From: Felis catus
Lineage: Eukaryota
Length of the DNA stretch: 64,000 nucleotides
NCBI RefSeq assembly: GCF_018350175.1
Contig: NC_058368.1
Span: 160,148,001 to 160,212,000, forward strand
Direction of reading: 5' to 3'
Made by a program: the position numbers and the translations under genes. The notes below the pieces were generated by a model. The model was not told the DNA's origin, did not search any database, and was given only the letters and a program-made list of their open reading frames with translations. Positions 12,660 to 25,480 of the stretch are shown here, piece by piece (the first letter of the stretch is position 1; each line of letters opens with the position of its first letter).

Positions 12660-12829
12660 ATCCAGCTATTTTTCTTCATCTCCTCCACCATCAGCCCACT
12701 TTAAACCATTATCATCTTTTACTTGAACTATTACAACAGCCTCCTATGTGGCCTGTCCACACAATCTACTCCACCAATGTTTTTTTTTGTGAGATAGCCA
12801 GGGTGGGCTTTAAAAAACAAATTAGATTA
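12660..12829 (+). mobile_element. L2 fragment (left half; continues at 20613-20810 beyond the L1)
   Basis: accattatcatcttttacttgaactattacaacagcctcct...gccagggtgggctttaaaaaacaaattagatta joined to tatccctcctc...aaatctaaaatcttacaaatggccttca reads as continuous L2 sequence once the L1 is removed. Confidence 0.65.
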
Positions 12830-14613
12830 GGGTAGTGGCCAAGATGGCAGAACAGCATGGACGTTTTTTTTACATCTCTCATCACTGAAATGCAGCCAGA
12901 TCAACACTAGACCATCCTGCACACTTAGAAAACTGATTTAAGGATTAACACAACAATCTCTGCAACTTGAACCACAGCACTCAGTAGGTATGCAGCGTGG
13001 AGAGGTAAACTGGGGGAGAGAGAAGCCACGGAGGGCAGGGAGCTATTTTTGCTTGTGGAGAGAGGACGGAGATGGGGGGAGAGCATGGGAAAAGCAACTC
13101 TCTCCCCCAAAAGTAGTTGGAGAGACAGTGGAAAAGTGGAAACAGTGGCAGGGACTGAACAAAAAAAGGGAGGAAGGAGAAAGGAGAAAGGAGAGGGTTT
13201 AAATTCCATTAAGACTGTATAAACAGGGGAAGTGCAGAGTCTAAAACTTAGTATGTTTTAGTATTAGTTTAGTATTAATATTAGTTTTAGTACTTCAGTA
13301 TGGAACCTCTGAAGTTCCATACCTGGCGGTTCTCTGGTGGGAAGGGCAAATCCCCAGGATCAGAGAGCAAAGTCTCAGGGGTCCACCAGCCACATGAGGA
13401 GAGGTGGTTCCCCTGCTGGGAGGGCATTTGATAAAGGCTGTGAGACTTCCCCACAGGGAAAGGTCCCAGTGGACCCTGGAGAACAACCACATTCACTGGT
13501 GTTAGAACAAGGATGGTAAGGATGAAGCCTGGTGCCAGATGTGTTTTGTGATTTTCCATAAACCCGGAAATTCTGTTGCTACAAGATCACTTGAACCTTT
13601 TCTGGGGCAGGCTGGCACCCAGCCACAGTCTCTGGGCATTGGCAGCAGTGCAGTCTCATGAATGTTCCTGGGGGTGGGCTGGCACCTGGCCATTGCTCAG
13701 TGAGACCTTTCCCCAGAGGGTCTGAGCAGGTCAAAGCTGCAGTCCCTCAGAAGTGAGGGGTTGGCATACACAGACCCATTTGAGATAAAACTCAACAGGG
13801 AGGTGTCACCTGGCAGCCTGACAGCTTGGTCACAGACAGTGTAGAAGCAGGGAGTGGACGGAAGCCGGAGACAAAGGAGGGGTGTTTGATTGCCAGTTGT
13901 GGAGAGTACAGAGTTCTGATACTAAATACTAGGTAGCTGGATGACACCATTTTCACCCGTCCCACTCATGTGCATACATGCCTACACGTGTCACGGCAAT
14001 CCACCCCAGTAAGCAAAGCATCTAGTGGAGAATGGAGCCATAGCACTAAACCCCACCCAACTAAGCCAACAGTGCTCTTGAAAAACACAAGTCTCTCAGC
14101 CTGCTTAGTTTACAGACTATAAAGTGGTTCATAGCTTGACTTCTACAGGAAACCAGATGTAATTTCAACAGTACTTCATTCTGTTCACTGGTCCTGTTAT
14201 TCATTTTTTTCCCTTTTTCTTTTATTTTCTTATTCTTGAATACAGAAAGAGAAAAAAACTATTTTTATTAAAAATATTTTTCTTTAATTTCTACTTTTTT
14301 TTACTTTTTTATATTTTTTTAAAAAATTCTATTTTACTTTCAGCATTTCATTTTATTCTATTTTATTGTATTCTTTTTTCCAAATTTTCAAACGTTTTCC
14401 TTTTATTTCATTTTTTCCCTTTTTTTCTTTTTCCTTTTTCTTTCCTTTTTCTTTTCTTATCTTTCCCTTTTTCTCTAAACTATAAAACTTTTTCAACAAC
14501 CAGACCAAAACACACCTAGGATCTGGCATCCTTTATTTGATTTCTTTGTATTATTTTCAATTTTTTAATTTTAATTTTTTTTCCACTTTATTAATTCCTG
14601 TTCTTTCTCCAAA

Positions 14614-15476
14614 ATGATGAAATGAAGGAATTCACCCCAAAAGAAAGAACAGGAAGAAATGATAGCCAGGGACTTAATTAATACAAATACAAGCAAGATG
14701 TCTGAATTAGAATTTAGAATCATGATATTAGAAGGCTAGCTGGGGTTGAAAATAGATTAGAATCCCTTTCTGCAGATATAAAAGAAGTAAAAGCTAGTCA
14801 GGATGAAATAAAAAATGCTATAACTGAGATGCATCCTGAATGGATGCCACAGCAGCAAGGAGGAATGAGGCAAAGCAGCAAATCAGTGACATAGAGGACA
14901 AACTTATGGACAATAATGAAGCAGAAACAAAGAGGGAGACTAAGGCAAAAGAACATGAAGTAAAAATTAGAGAACTTAGTGATAACATCAGAATCATAGG
15001 GATCCCAGAAGATGAAGAGAGGGAAAAAGGGGTAGAAGGGTTATGTGAGCAAATCTTAGCAGAAAACTTTCCTAATCTGGGGAAAGATACAGACATCAAA
15101 ATCCAGGAAGCACAGAGGACTCCCATTCGATTCAACAAAAACTGACCATCAACAAAGCAATCATGGCCAAATTCACAAAATACACAGGCAAGGAAAGAAT
15201 CATGAAAGCAGTAAGGGAAAATAAAGTCCTTATCCTACAAGGGAAGACAGATAAGGTTTGCAGCAGACTTATCCACAGAAACTTGGCAGGCCAGAAAGGA
15301 GTGGCAGGGTATATTCAATGTACTGAATTGGAAAAATATGCAGCCAAGAATTCTTTATCCAGCAAGGTTGTAATTAAAAATAGAAGGGAGATAAAAAGTT
15401 TCCCAGACAAACAAAAATTAAAGGAGTTTATGACCACTAAACCAGCCCTACAAGAAATTTTAAGGAGGCTCTCTGA
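14614..15476 (+). pseudogene. L1 ORF1p remnant (coiled coil, RRM, CTD), with stops and frameshifts
   Basis: MMK*RNSPQKKEQEEM...MSELEFR; NIRIIGIPEDEEREKG...ENFPNL...IQEAQRTP; IKSFPDKQKLKEFMTTKPALQEIL. Confidence 0.95.
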
Positions 15477-16321
15477 GTGGAGAAAATATGAGAAAAAAAA
15501 AGACCAAAAACAACAAAGACTAAACCAGAGACAACCACCAGAAACTCCAACTCTCCAGGCAACATAATGACAATAAATTCATATCTTTCAGTACTCATTC
15601 TGAATGTCAATAGTCTAAACACTTCAATCAAAAGACATAGGGTGACAGAATGGATAAGAAAACAAGATCCATCTATATGCTGTTTACAAGAGACCCATTT
15701 TAGATCCAAAGTCACCTTCAGATTGAAAATAAGGCTTTGGAGAACCATCTATCATGCTAATGGTCACCAAAAGAAAGCTGGAGTGGCCATACTTATATCA
15801 GACAATCTAGATTTTAAAATAAAGACTGTAACAAGAGATGAAGTAGGGCATTATATGATAATTAAGGGGTCTATCCACCAAGAAGATCTAACAGTTATAA
15901 ACATTTATGCTCCAAATGTGAGAGCACTCAAATATATAAATCAATTAATCACAAACATAAAGAAACTCCTTGATAATAATACCTTACTAGTAGGTACTTC
16001 AACACCCACTTACGGCAACGGATAGATTATCTAAACAGAAAATCAATAAGGAAGCAATGGCTTTTGAATGACACACTGAACCAGATGGACTTAGCAGATA
16101 TATTCAGAACATTTCATCCCAAAGGAACAGAATACACATTCTTTTTGAGTGCACATGGAACATTCTCCAGAATAGACCACATACTGGAACACAAATCAGC
16201 CCTCAACAAGCACAAAAAGATCAAGATCATACAGTGCATATTTTCAGACCACAACACAAGAAATCAACCACAAGAAAAAATTTGGAAAGATGACAAATAC
16301 TTGGAGACTAAAGAATATCCT

Positions 16322-16542
16322 GGGGGCGCCTGGGTGGTGCAGTCGGTTAAGTGTCCGACTTCAGCCAGGTCACGATCTCGTGGTCCGTGAGTTTGAGCCC
16401 CGCGTCAGGCTCTGGGCTGATGGCTCAGAGCCTGGAGCCTGTTTCCGATTCTGTGTCTCCCTCTCTCTCTGCCCCTCGCCCGTTCATGCTCTGTCTCTCT
16501 CTGTCGCAAAAATAAATAAAACGTTGAAAAAAAAATTTTTTT
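16322..16542 (+). mobile_element. Young felid CanSINE inside L1 ORF2
   Basis: Complete element; TSD taaagaatatcct at 16309-16321 and 16543-16555. Confidence 0.97.
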
Positions 16543-17238
16543 TAAAGAATATCCTGCTAAAGAATGAATGGGCTAACCAAGAAATTAAAGAGGAAATTAA
16601 AAAGTGCATGGAAACCAATGAAAATGATAACACTACAGCCCAAAACCTTTGGGATGCAGCCAAAGTGGTAATAAGAGGGAAGTATGTAGTAATCTAGGCC
16701 TTCCTAAAAAAGGAAGAAAGGTCTCAGATACACAACCTAACCTTACACCTCAAAGAGCTGGACAAAGAACAGCAAATAAAACCCCAAACCAGCAGAAGAC
16801 AGGAAATAATAAAGATTAGAGCAGAAATCAATGCTATCGAAACCAAAAAAATAGTAGAACAGATCAATGAAATCACGAGCTGGTTCTTTGAAAGAATTAA
16901 CAAAATTGATAGACCCCTAGCCAGTTTGATCAAAAAGACTAAGGAAAGCACCCAAATAAATAAAATCAAGGATGAAAGAGGAGAGAACACAACCAACAGG
17001 GCAGAAATATAAACAATAATAAGAGAATATTATGAGCAATTACACTCCAATAAAATGGGCAATATGGAAGAAATGGACAATTCCTAGAATCATACAAACT
17101 ACCAAAACTGAAACAGGAAGAAATAGAAAATTTGAACAGACCCATAATTAGTAAAGAAATCAAAATAGTAATAAAAAATTTTCCAAAAAACAAGAGTCCA
17201 GGGCCAAATGGCTTTCCACAAGAATTCTACCAAACATT

Positions 17239-17450
17239 AATTTTTTAAATGTTTACTTATTTTTGAGACAGAGAGAGAGACAGAGTGTGACTGGGGAAGG
17301 GACAGAGAAAGAGGCAAACTCCGAATCTGAAGCAAGCCCAGGCTCCGAGCTGTCAGCACAGAGCCTGACGCGAGGCTTGAACTCATAAACCGCAAGATCA
17401 TGACCTTAGCTGAAGTTGGATGCTCAACCGACTGAGCCATCCAGGTGCCC
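17239..17450 (-). mobile_element. CanSINE (more diverged) inside L1 ORF2
   Basis: Complete element flanked by ctaccaaacatt at 17227-17238 and 17454-17465. Confidence 0.96.
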
Positions 17451-17469
17451 TACCTACCAAACATTTAAA

Positions 17470-17687
17470 TTGTTTTTTCTCAATGTTTTATTTATTTTTT
17501 GGGGGACAGAGAGAGACAGAGCATGAACTGGGGAGGGGCAGAGAGAGAGGGAGACACAGAATCGGAAACAGGCTCCAGGCTCTGAGCCATCAGCCCAGAG
17601 CCTGATGCGGGGCTCGAACTCACGGAGCGCGAGATCGTGACCTGGCTGAAGTCGGACGCTTAACCGACTGCGCCACCCAGGCGCCCC
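17470..17687 (-). mobile_element. Young felid CanSINE inside L1 ORF2
   Basis: CpG-rich; 16-bp TSD ctaccaaacatttaaa at 17454-17469 and 17689-17704. Confidence 0.97.
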
Positions 17688-19234
17688 TCTACCAAACATT
17701 TAAAGAAGAGTTCACAGCTATTCTCTTGAAGCTATTCTAAAAAAAAAAATAGAAATGAAAGGAAAACTTCCAAACTCTTTCCATGAAGCCAGCATTACCT
17801 TGATTACAAAAACAGACATAGACCCCACTAAGAAGGAGAACTATAGACCAATTTCCCTGATGAACATGGATGCAAAATTCCTCAACAAGAAATTAGCCAA
17901 CCAGATCCAACAGTCCATTAAAAGAATTATTCACCACGACCAAGTGGGATTTATACCTAGTGCAGGGCTGGTTCAATATCTGCAAAACAATCTATGTGAT
18001 ACATCACAACAATAAAAGAAATGACAAGAACCACATGATCTTCTCAATAGATGCAGAGAAAGCGTTTGACAAAATACAGCTTCCTTTCTTGATAAAAACC
18101 CTCAAGAAAGTGGGGATAGAAGGATCATATCTCAGGATCATAAAAGTCATATGAAAGACCCACTGCTACTATCACCCTCAATGGGGAAAAAGTGAATGCT
18201 TTCCCCCTAAGGTCATGAACACGACAGGGATGTCCATGCTCACCACTGTTATTCAACATAGTATTGGAATTCCTAGCCTCAGCAATCAGACAACACAAAG
18301 GAATAAAGGCATCCAAATCAGCCAGGAGGAAGTAAAACTTTCACTCCTTGCAGATGACACAATACTCTATATGGAAAATCCAAAAGGTTCCATCAAAAAA
18401 CTACTAGAACTGATGCATGAATTCAGCAAAATTGCAGGATATAAAATCAATGCACAGAAATCGGTTGCATTCCTATACACCAATAATGAAGCAACAGAAA
18501 GAGAAATCAAGGAATCAATCCCATTTACAATTGCACCAAAGACCATTAAATACCTAGGAATAAACCTAACCAAAGAGGTAAAAAATCTATACACTGAAAA
18601 CTATAGAAACCTTGAGACAGAAATTGAAGAAGACACAAAAAAATGGAAAAAATATCCTATGCTCCTGGATAGGAAGAACAAATATTGTTAATATGTCAAA
18701 ACTACCCACGGCAATCTGCATATTCAATGCAATCCCTGTCAAAATAATACCAGCATTCTTCACAGAGCTAGAACAAACAATCCTAAAATTTGTGTGGAAC
18801 CACAAAAGACCTGAACAGCCAAAGCAATTTTGAAAAAGAAAACCAAAGCTGGAGGCATCACAATCCTGGACTTCAAGCTGTATTACAAAGCTGTAGTCAT
18901 CAAGACAGTATGGTACTGGCACAAAAACAGACTCTCAGATCAATGGAACAGAATAGAGAACCAGAAATGGACCCACAAATGTATGGCCTACTAATCTTTG
19001 ACAAAGCAGGAAAGAATATCCAATGGAATAAAGAGTCTCTTCAGCAAGTGGTAACAGGAAAACTAGACAGAATAATGCAAAAAAAAAAAAAAAATGAACA
19101 TGGACCACTTTCTTACACCATACAAAAAATAAACTCAGAATGAATGAAAGACCTAAATGTAAGACAGGAAGCCATCAAAATCCTTGAGGAGAAAGCAAGC
19201 AAAAACTCTTTGATCTTGGCCGCAGCAACTTCTT

Positions 19235-19455
19235 TTTTTTTCCTTTTTTTTTTCAACGTTTATTTATTTTGGGGACAGAGAGAGACAGAGCATGAACGGG
19301 GGAGGGGCAGAGAGAGAGGGAGACACAGAATCGGAAACAGGCTCCAGGCTCTGAGCCATCAGGCCAGACCCCGACGCGGGGCTCGAACTCACGGACCGTG
19401 AGATCGTGACCTGGCTGAAGTTGGACGCTTAACCGACTGCGCCACCCAGGCGCCC
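19235..19455 (-). mobile_element. Young felid CanSINE inside L1 ORF2
   Basis: TSD ccgca(g/a)caacttctt at 19220-19234 and 19456-19470. Confidence 0.97.
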
Positions 19456-20543
19456 CCGCAACAACTTCTTACTCAACATGTCTCCAGGGGCAAGAGAAAA
19501 AAAAGCAAAAATGAACTATTGGGACCTCATCAAAATAAAGGGCTTCTGCACAGTGAAGGAAACAATCAGCAAAACTAAAAGGCAACTGACAGAACAGGAG
19601 AAGATATTTGCAAATGACATACCAGATAAAGGGTTAGTATCCAAAATCTATAAAGAACTTATCAAACTCAGTACCCAAAAAACAAATAATCCAGTGAAGA
19701 AATGGGCAAAAGACATGAATAGACACTTCTCCAAAGAAGACATTCAGATGGCCAACTGACACATGAAAAAATGCTCCACATCACTCATCATCAGGGAAAT
19801 TCAAATCAAAACCACAACGAGATCCCACCTCACACCTGTCAGAATGGCTAACATTAACAACTCAGGTAACAACGGATGTTGGTGAGGATGTGGAGAAAGA
19901 GGATCTCTTTTGCACTGCTGGTGGGAATGCAAACTGGTGCAGCCACTCTGGAAAACCATATGGAGATTCCTCAAAAAATTAAAAATAGAATTACCCTACG
20001 ACCCAGCATTTGCACTTTAGTTATTTATCCAAGGGATACAGGTGTGCTGTTTCAAAGGGGCACATGCACACCAATGTTTATAGCAGTGCTATCTGCAACA
20101 GCCTAAGTATGAAAAGAGCCCAAATTTCCATCAATGGATGACTGAATAAAGAAGATGTGGTATATGTACACAATGGAGTATTACTTGGCAATGAAAAAGA
20201 ATGAAATCTTGCCATTTACAACTATGTGGATGGAACTAGAGGGTATTATGTTATGTGAAATTAGTCAGTCAGAGAAAGACAAATATCACATGACTTCACT
20301 CATGTGAGGACTTTAAGATACCAAACAGATGAACACAAGGGAAGGGAAGCAATATATAAAAACAGGGTGGGGGACAAACATAAAAGACTCTTAAATATAG
20401 AGAACAAACAGAGGGCTGCTGGAGGGGTTTTGGGAGGGGGGAATAGTCTAAATGGGTAAGGGGCATTAAGGAATCTACTCCTGAAATCATTGTTGTACCG
20501 TATGCTAACTAACTTGGATGCAAATCAAACAATAAATAATTTT

Positions 20544-20544
<1 letters not shown>

Positions 20545-20599
<55 letters not shown>

Positions 20600-20612
20600 A
20601 AAGAAGAAAAGA
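20545..20612 (+). repeat. (GAAA)n microsatellite derived from the L1 poly(A) tail
   Basis: Long uninterrupted GAAA run directly before the 3' TSD. Confidence 0.95.
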
Positions 20613-20831
20613 AAATTAGATTATATCCCTCCTCATATTCATCCTTTCTTCTTAGGATGAAATCTAAAATCTTACAAATGGCCTTCATGACTTAGTTTCT
20701 ACACATCTTTCCATTTCCTCTGGTGTGCTTATCCTCACTGTCCATATTCCAGTCAAAATGGCTGCACTTTATTTTTTTGAACTACTTCCCTTGTGCCTTG
20801 GAGTTTTTATATACATTGTTTTTGCTTTATT

Positions 20832-21025
20832 TTTATTTTTTAAGTGTTTATTTTATTTATTTTTGAGAGACAGTGAGAGAGAGAACAGGGGAGAGGCAGA
20901 GGGAGAGGGAGAGGGAGAATCCCAAGCAGCCTCCACACTCAGTGCAGAGCCTGATGTGGGGCTCAAACCCACGATCAATGAGATCATTATCAGACACTTA
21001 ACCAACTGTGTGACCCAGGTGCTGC
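20832..21025 (-). mobile_element. CanSINE (older, head partly deleted)
   Basis: T-rich tail, agaatcccaagcagcctccacactcagtgcagagcctgatgtggggctc body, gacccaggtgc head; degenerate TSD starting cattg. Confidence 0.9.
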
Positions 21026-22267
21026 TTCATTGATTTTGTTTTAAAAGCTTTCTGTTCCTCTTCATCCATCCTTCCGTAACACAAAAGGCAAGGGAGTAGA
21101 GTGTCAAGTAGATGATAGCAATCCATTTGTCCAAGGCATCTCAGAAGGCTAATGATGCAAAACTGAATAATTCCCATTGGGATTATGGATAAAAATGTCA
21201 TTAAATTAATGGCTATTATTTCAAAGGTATGGCAGAGGCAGAAGACACAATGGAGTGGGTTGAAGGATGAATTGGAGGTCTGAAAGTGGAGACAATTACT
21301 ATAGACTAATCTTGGGAAGCCTTTGGGAAGTCTTTAGGAAGACTGTCTTTGGGGAGGAAAGAAGGATAGAATATTGTCTATCTAAGTAGGACATCGGGTC
21401 CAGAAAAATTTGGTTTATTTGTTTGATTTGAGAGACCTGAGTATAGTCACAATCAGGAAACGCTGAATGTAGCTTCTCTTGGGGATGCTGCGGACTTGTT
21501 TTTGCAGGGCCAGCTCCAGAATAGAAAAAACACTAAATCTTGTGTTTGAGAAGGGAAACCTCTTCACCAACTCATGTCATTATAATTGTCTCTTCATTTT
21601 TTATCTCTATTTTCCATAAGCACTTGGGAATCTGAGCTCCACTATTTCTTAGCACTCCTTTTATTCACAGAGTTGACGAATTTTACATTTCCCTTGGGTT
21701 TTCTTCTGTTTCAATGGCCTATCCTATGATCCTTTCCACTTGTCCTTGGGATGTACCATATATCTAGCATGTTTATGCCAAGAGATAACTTACAATATAA
21801 ATAAAATCAGTGATTTTCAAACTTCTGATATCAGTAGAGTCCATTATTCAAATAAATTGTCAAAACATTAAACTGATAAAATCACAAGATGACCTCTAGA
21901 AGAGGGTCTGCAGAAGTAAAGACTTACTCACACATCCCCTATTTTAGGACGCTGCCAAGATACTTTTCCAAAACATAGGATTCAGTGAAATATGAAAATT
22001 TCTGTGCTAGCTTCTACTAATATGATTATTTTATTACATGAATTAATGTACAGTGCTCATAACTAAAAAGCATTATAAAGGTCTCTTGGAGAGAATATAG
22101 TGTAACCAATTATAGAAAATTTAAGATAGTGGTAAAAATATTTTAACATTTGTGGGCTTTACAATTTGGCTTTTTTTAAACGTTCCTAAGGTTGCTCTAT
22201 TTCTTTAGAGAATTTGAAGATCTTCTTTTCTTGTTTTATTTTTAAAGCAGAAGGAGATAATTTGATT

Positions 22268-22478
22268 TATTTAAAAATTTTTTAACATTTATTTATTTTT
22301 GAGAGAAAGAGCATGAGTGGGGAAGGGGAAGACAGAGGGGGAGACACAGAATCCAAAGCAGACTCCAGGCTCTGAGCTGTCAGCACAGAACCCATCATGG
22401 GTCTTGAACCTACGAACCATGAGATCATGACCTGAGCCAAAGTTGGACACTTAATGAACCGAGCCACCCAGGCGCCCC
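22268..22478 (-). mobile_element. CanSINE
   Basis: Complete element; TSD aga(t/a)aatttgat at 22255-22266 and 22479-22490. Confidence 0.96.
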
Positions 22479-23059
22479 AGAAAATTTGATATAGAGCAAA
22501 GATTCTCTGTTCTTTGGCCACATGCACAAAGTCGGTACTTAATAACTGTTGCTGATGTTTATGAACCCTGTTGAAGTCAAGAAGTGCAAATATCAGGTTA
22601 GAGTACTCAGCTGCTTACAGAGCAACTGTGTTAGGGCATGAGTGTTCTAGTTTCTGGTCAGGGCCACAGTTCTTGTTTGTGCAAATTTTGGAATATACAA
22701 CCAACCATGGAGCACTATTTACAACAATGGACATTATAATGTGACTATGACCAATTTTTGTACATGGTGATTAAGTGTCTTGAGGAGGACATTTTTCTTA
22801 TTTACCCAAAATCATCTTTTAGATTGGCAGCTTGTTTAGTTATTGATTGGCTGTGTTCAAAGGACTGACTCAGATTCATCTGACACTTAAGAATCTGAAA
22901 TGTAAACCACATGTTGAGAACAATAATTGCAAATGGATGGAAATACCTCTGTAGGTGGTATTGCATTGTTACCCTGACAGGAAAGTCTATGTGGAAAACA
23001 AAACTTTACATAAAGTGATGTAAAACTTGTGTGATGAATGTATGTGTTGGAGATTTCAT

Positions 23060-23550
23060 GTTTTCTTTGTCATCTTTTCCTTTGGGAATTGCTCTTACTC
23101 ATTCCATGTAGCTCTTTAGGACCTGCTAATAACAATGTCCTTCTAGCAAGCCTTGTGGATAGGCATGTAGAGTGAGACTACTGTAATACCCCATTCCCTC
23201 AGCTGTAGTATTTGACTGAAAAATGAGCCTAGAATGGCCCAAGCCTAGAATATAAAGTGCCTGAGAGAAAAGAGCTTTCCTTTTCCTCTTGCCTCATGTT
23301 GAGTATGGCTGTCAGTCCTCTGCCTCAGAGTAGTAATGAAGGAGATGCATGAAGAAAAGTAGAGCTGGGAGATTGGATGTTGGGGAGACAAAAGCAGGGA
23401 ACAAGTAAGGAAGAACAGATGATAGTATTTGAATTCCTGAAGAGCCTGAGACCAGTTCCACCCATAAATATTCTAACCAAGTTCTCTTTCCTACTTAAGT
23501 ATCCTTGAGTTGATTTTTTTTCACTAGCAATTGAAACATTTCTGACTATT
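23060..23550 (+). mobile_element. Degenerate MaLR LTR (MLT1K/L-like)
   Basis: 3' end ttcctacttaagtatccttgagttgattttttttcactagcaattgaaacatttctgacta resembles old MLT1 termini. Confidence 0.45.
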
Positions 23551-25278
23551 GCATTTTGGAACCAGAACAAGAGGTCTTATCTGAGGCCATTAGCCTGCTG
23601 TTCTAATGACATGGGCTGCACCTGCCGCATGATGGGAGCCATCCTTTGGAGGTGAACTTACACATCCATCTTCTTTGACTCTACATTTTAAGATTTTGGT
23701 CAGACACTTCCCTCTGGCAACATATTTTCCTTCAAATAGAGGATAGTACAGATTATTATATTATAGTTTATTTAGTCATGACCCCTGTTATTTTGAAGAA
23801 TTTTATTTCTCTGAGTCTCTTTAGACACACATTTCTGAAACATTTATTAGGTTCATCTGTAGGTGCCAGTTTTCCTTTCTTTTACTTTGCTATGGATTAT
23901 AAGACATATCATTTGCTTAGTAACAAACTACTTCAGAAGAACAATAGCATCAATAGTATTATGCATTATAGTTTAACTAATGTTGAAAAAGTCTTAGAAT
24001 TCTAAAAATACAATAATAAATTTCATCCTTAAAGTGTTCATTCTTGTAAATTTCATTCCCAGTAGATTGCTTTATGTCACTGTTTTAGGAACATCTGACA
24101 GAATCCTCTATGATATTTACTATTTCTACTCAAAATAATTTTTCCTAGAGCTGAATTTTGTTATTAAGTTTCTCTAGTCTTTTGTAAGATAAAATTAGGT
24201 GTCTCAGGATAAAGAAGCCTGACTATATAATGGTGCTTTTAAAGAAATTATTGTAATAAAGAATAAACTTCCTCTAAATTATGCTATGATCTCTTCCTTG
24301 GAGTCTTAGAATGCCACTGGCAGAGTCACAGAGTAATGGATGTTTAGTTTTGGCCCTACTTTTCAACTCTTCACCATGAGCTGAAGCTCTACTGAAGGTT
24401 TCAGGAAAGCTCTTGTTACCATAGCTAAACTATAGAAAACAGTACCACTACAGGAGAGAAGGAGGGAGAAAGATTTCTTATTTCCTTTTTACCCACTAAT
24501 AACTTGCTACCCTATTTCCACTCACTTTTTATTAAATGAGATGATAATGAAATATGTATGAAAGGGCTGTGTGTAGTGTCACATGACCATTTAAAAGGCA
24601 TTATTACTTATTTTGCTATCATCAGTTCTTCTTCCCTCCAGTAGCTTTTTATGATTATGATTCTCTGGTATATGGTATGGTAGAGAGAATTAGATTTAGA
24701 AGAGAGAGACCTGAGTTTCAGTCTTGGGTCTTCTATATGTTTCACGACTTTTCTCCAAGCCTCAGTTTGTTTTTGTAAGTTAGGGAAGATTATGACTGTG
24801 ACTGTGTCCCGCCATCCAAACAAAATGAGAAAGGCATATCTACAAATGCATGACCTTTGACAGAAAGACTTAGAACAATGTACAAATGGGCCCAGAAGTG
24901 TGATTTTTGACTAATATTCCTAGAACAACATCCATGCAAACACAAACTCACATACACATGCACATACACATACGCATAGACTATCTTGCCAACACATTTT
25001 AACCACTGCTTATTCAGAAGGACCACAAGGGCTAATTTCAGATTTGATACACCTCAAGAAGCACTTTTAAGGTCTTTTATAGGCAGCCAGGAAACTTGAT
25101 TAGACTTATCTAGCTGCCACATATCATATTGATCCATTGATACCCTGGGAAGTTAACACCTGGATATGTTGGTGTTGGGATTCTTTTAATAAATACCCAC
25201 CAGTTCAGTTCAGTAAGAATGACTCAGTGTAGTTGATGAACAGAGGAGTCAGGAAGTGAGACATTTGACTCTTGCTTT

Positions 25279-25480
25279 AAATTAAAAAAATTTTTTTAAT
25301 GTTTTTTTATTTATTTTTGGAAGAGAGCGCAAACGGGGGAAGGACAGAGAGAGGGGGCAGAGGATCTGAAGTGGGCTCTGCGCTGACACAGAAAGCCCCA
25401 TGAGGGACGCAAAGTCATGAACTGGAAGATCATGACTGAGCAGAAGTCAGATGCTCAACCAACTGAGCCACCCAGGTGTC
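25279..25480 (-). mobile_element. CanSINE
   Basis: Head aactgagccacccaggtgtc; TSD tgactcttg(c/t)ttt at 25266-25278 and 25482-25494. Confidence 0.93.

Larger units (their letters stand above)
15567..20316 (+). pseudogene. L1 ORF2p remnant (APE endonuclease, reverse transcriptase, C-terminal region), disrupted
   Basis: LNVNSLN...ICCLQETH...INIYAPN, SRIDHIL, SDHN (endonuclease); [41 protein letters not shown] (RT); many frameshifts and four SINE insertions. Confidence 0.97.
12830..20612 (+). mobile_element. Full-length carnivore/felid LINE-1, inactivated, containing four nested SINEs
   Basis: Starts gggtagtggccAAGATGGCag (YY1-type L1 5' end); ~1.8-kb 5' UTR; ORF1 and ORF2 remnants; 3' UTR; AATAAA and A-rich tail; TSD aaattagatta at 12819-12829 and 20613-20623; TTT/AAAA endonuclease site at 12809-12815. 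Confidence 0.98.

Noticed and set aside
16290..16697. Recurring peptide [61 protein letters not shown] in several ORFs (also 17454, 38488, 52869, 62549), suggesting a gene family
   Set aside because: It is the translation of the CanSINE consensus, not a protein.
14614..20316. Active L1 ORF1/ORF2
   Set aside because: ORF1 has a stop at codon 4; both ORFs have multiple frameshifts, and ORF2 has four SINE insertions.
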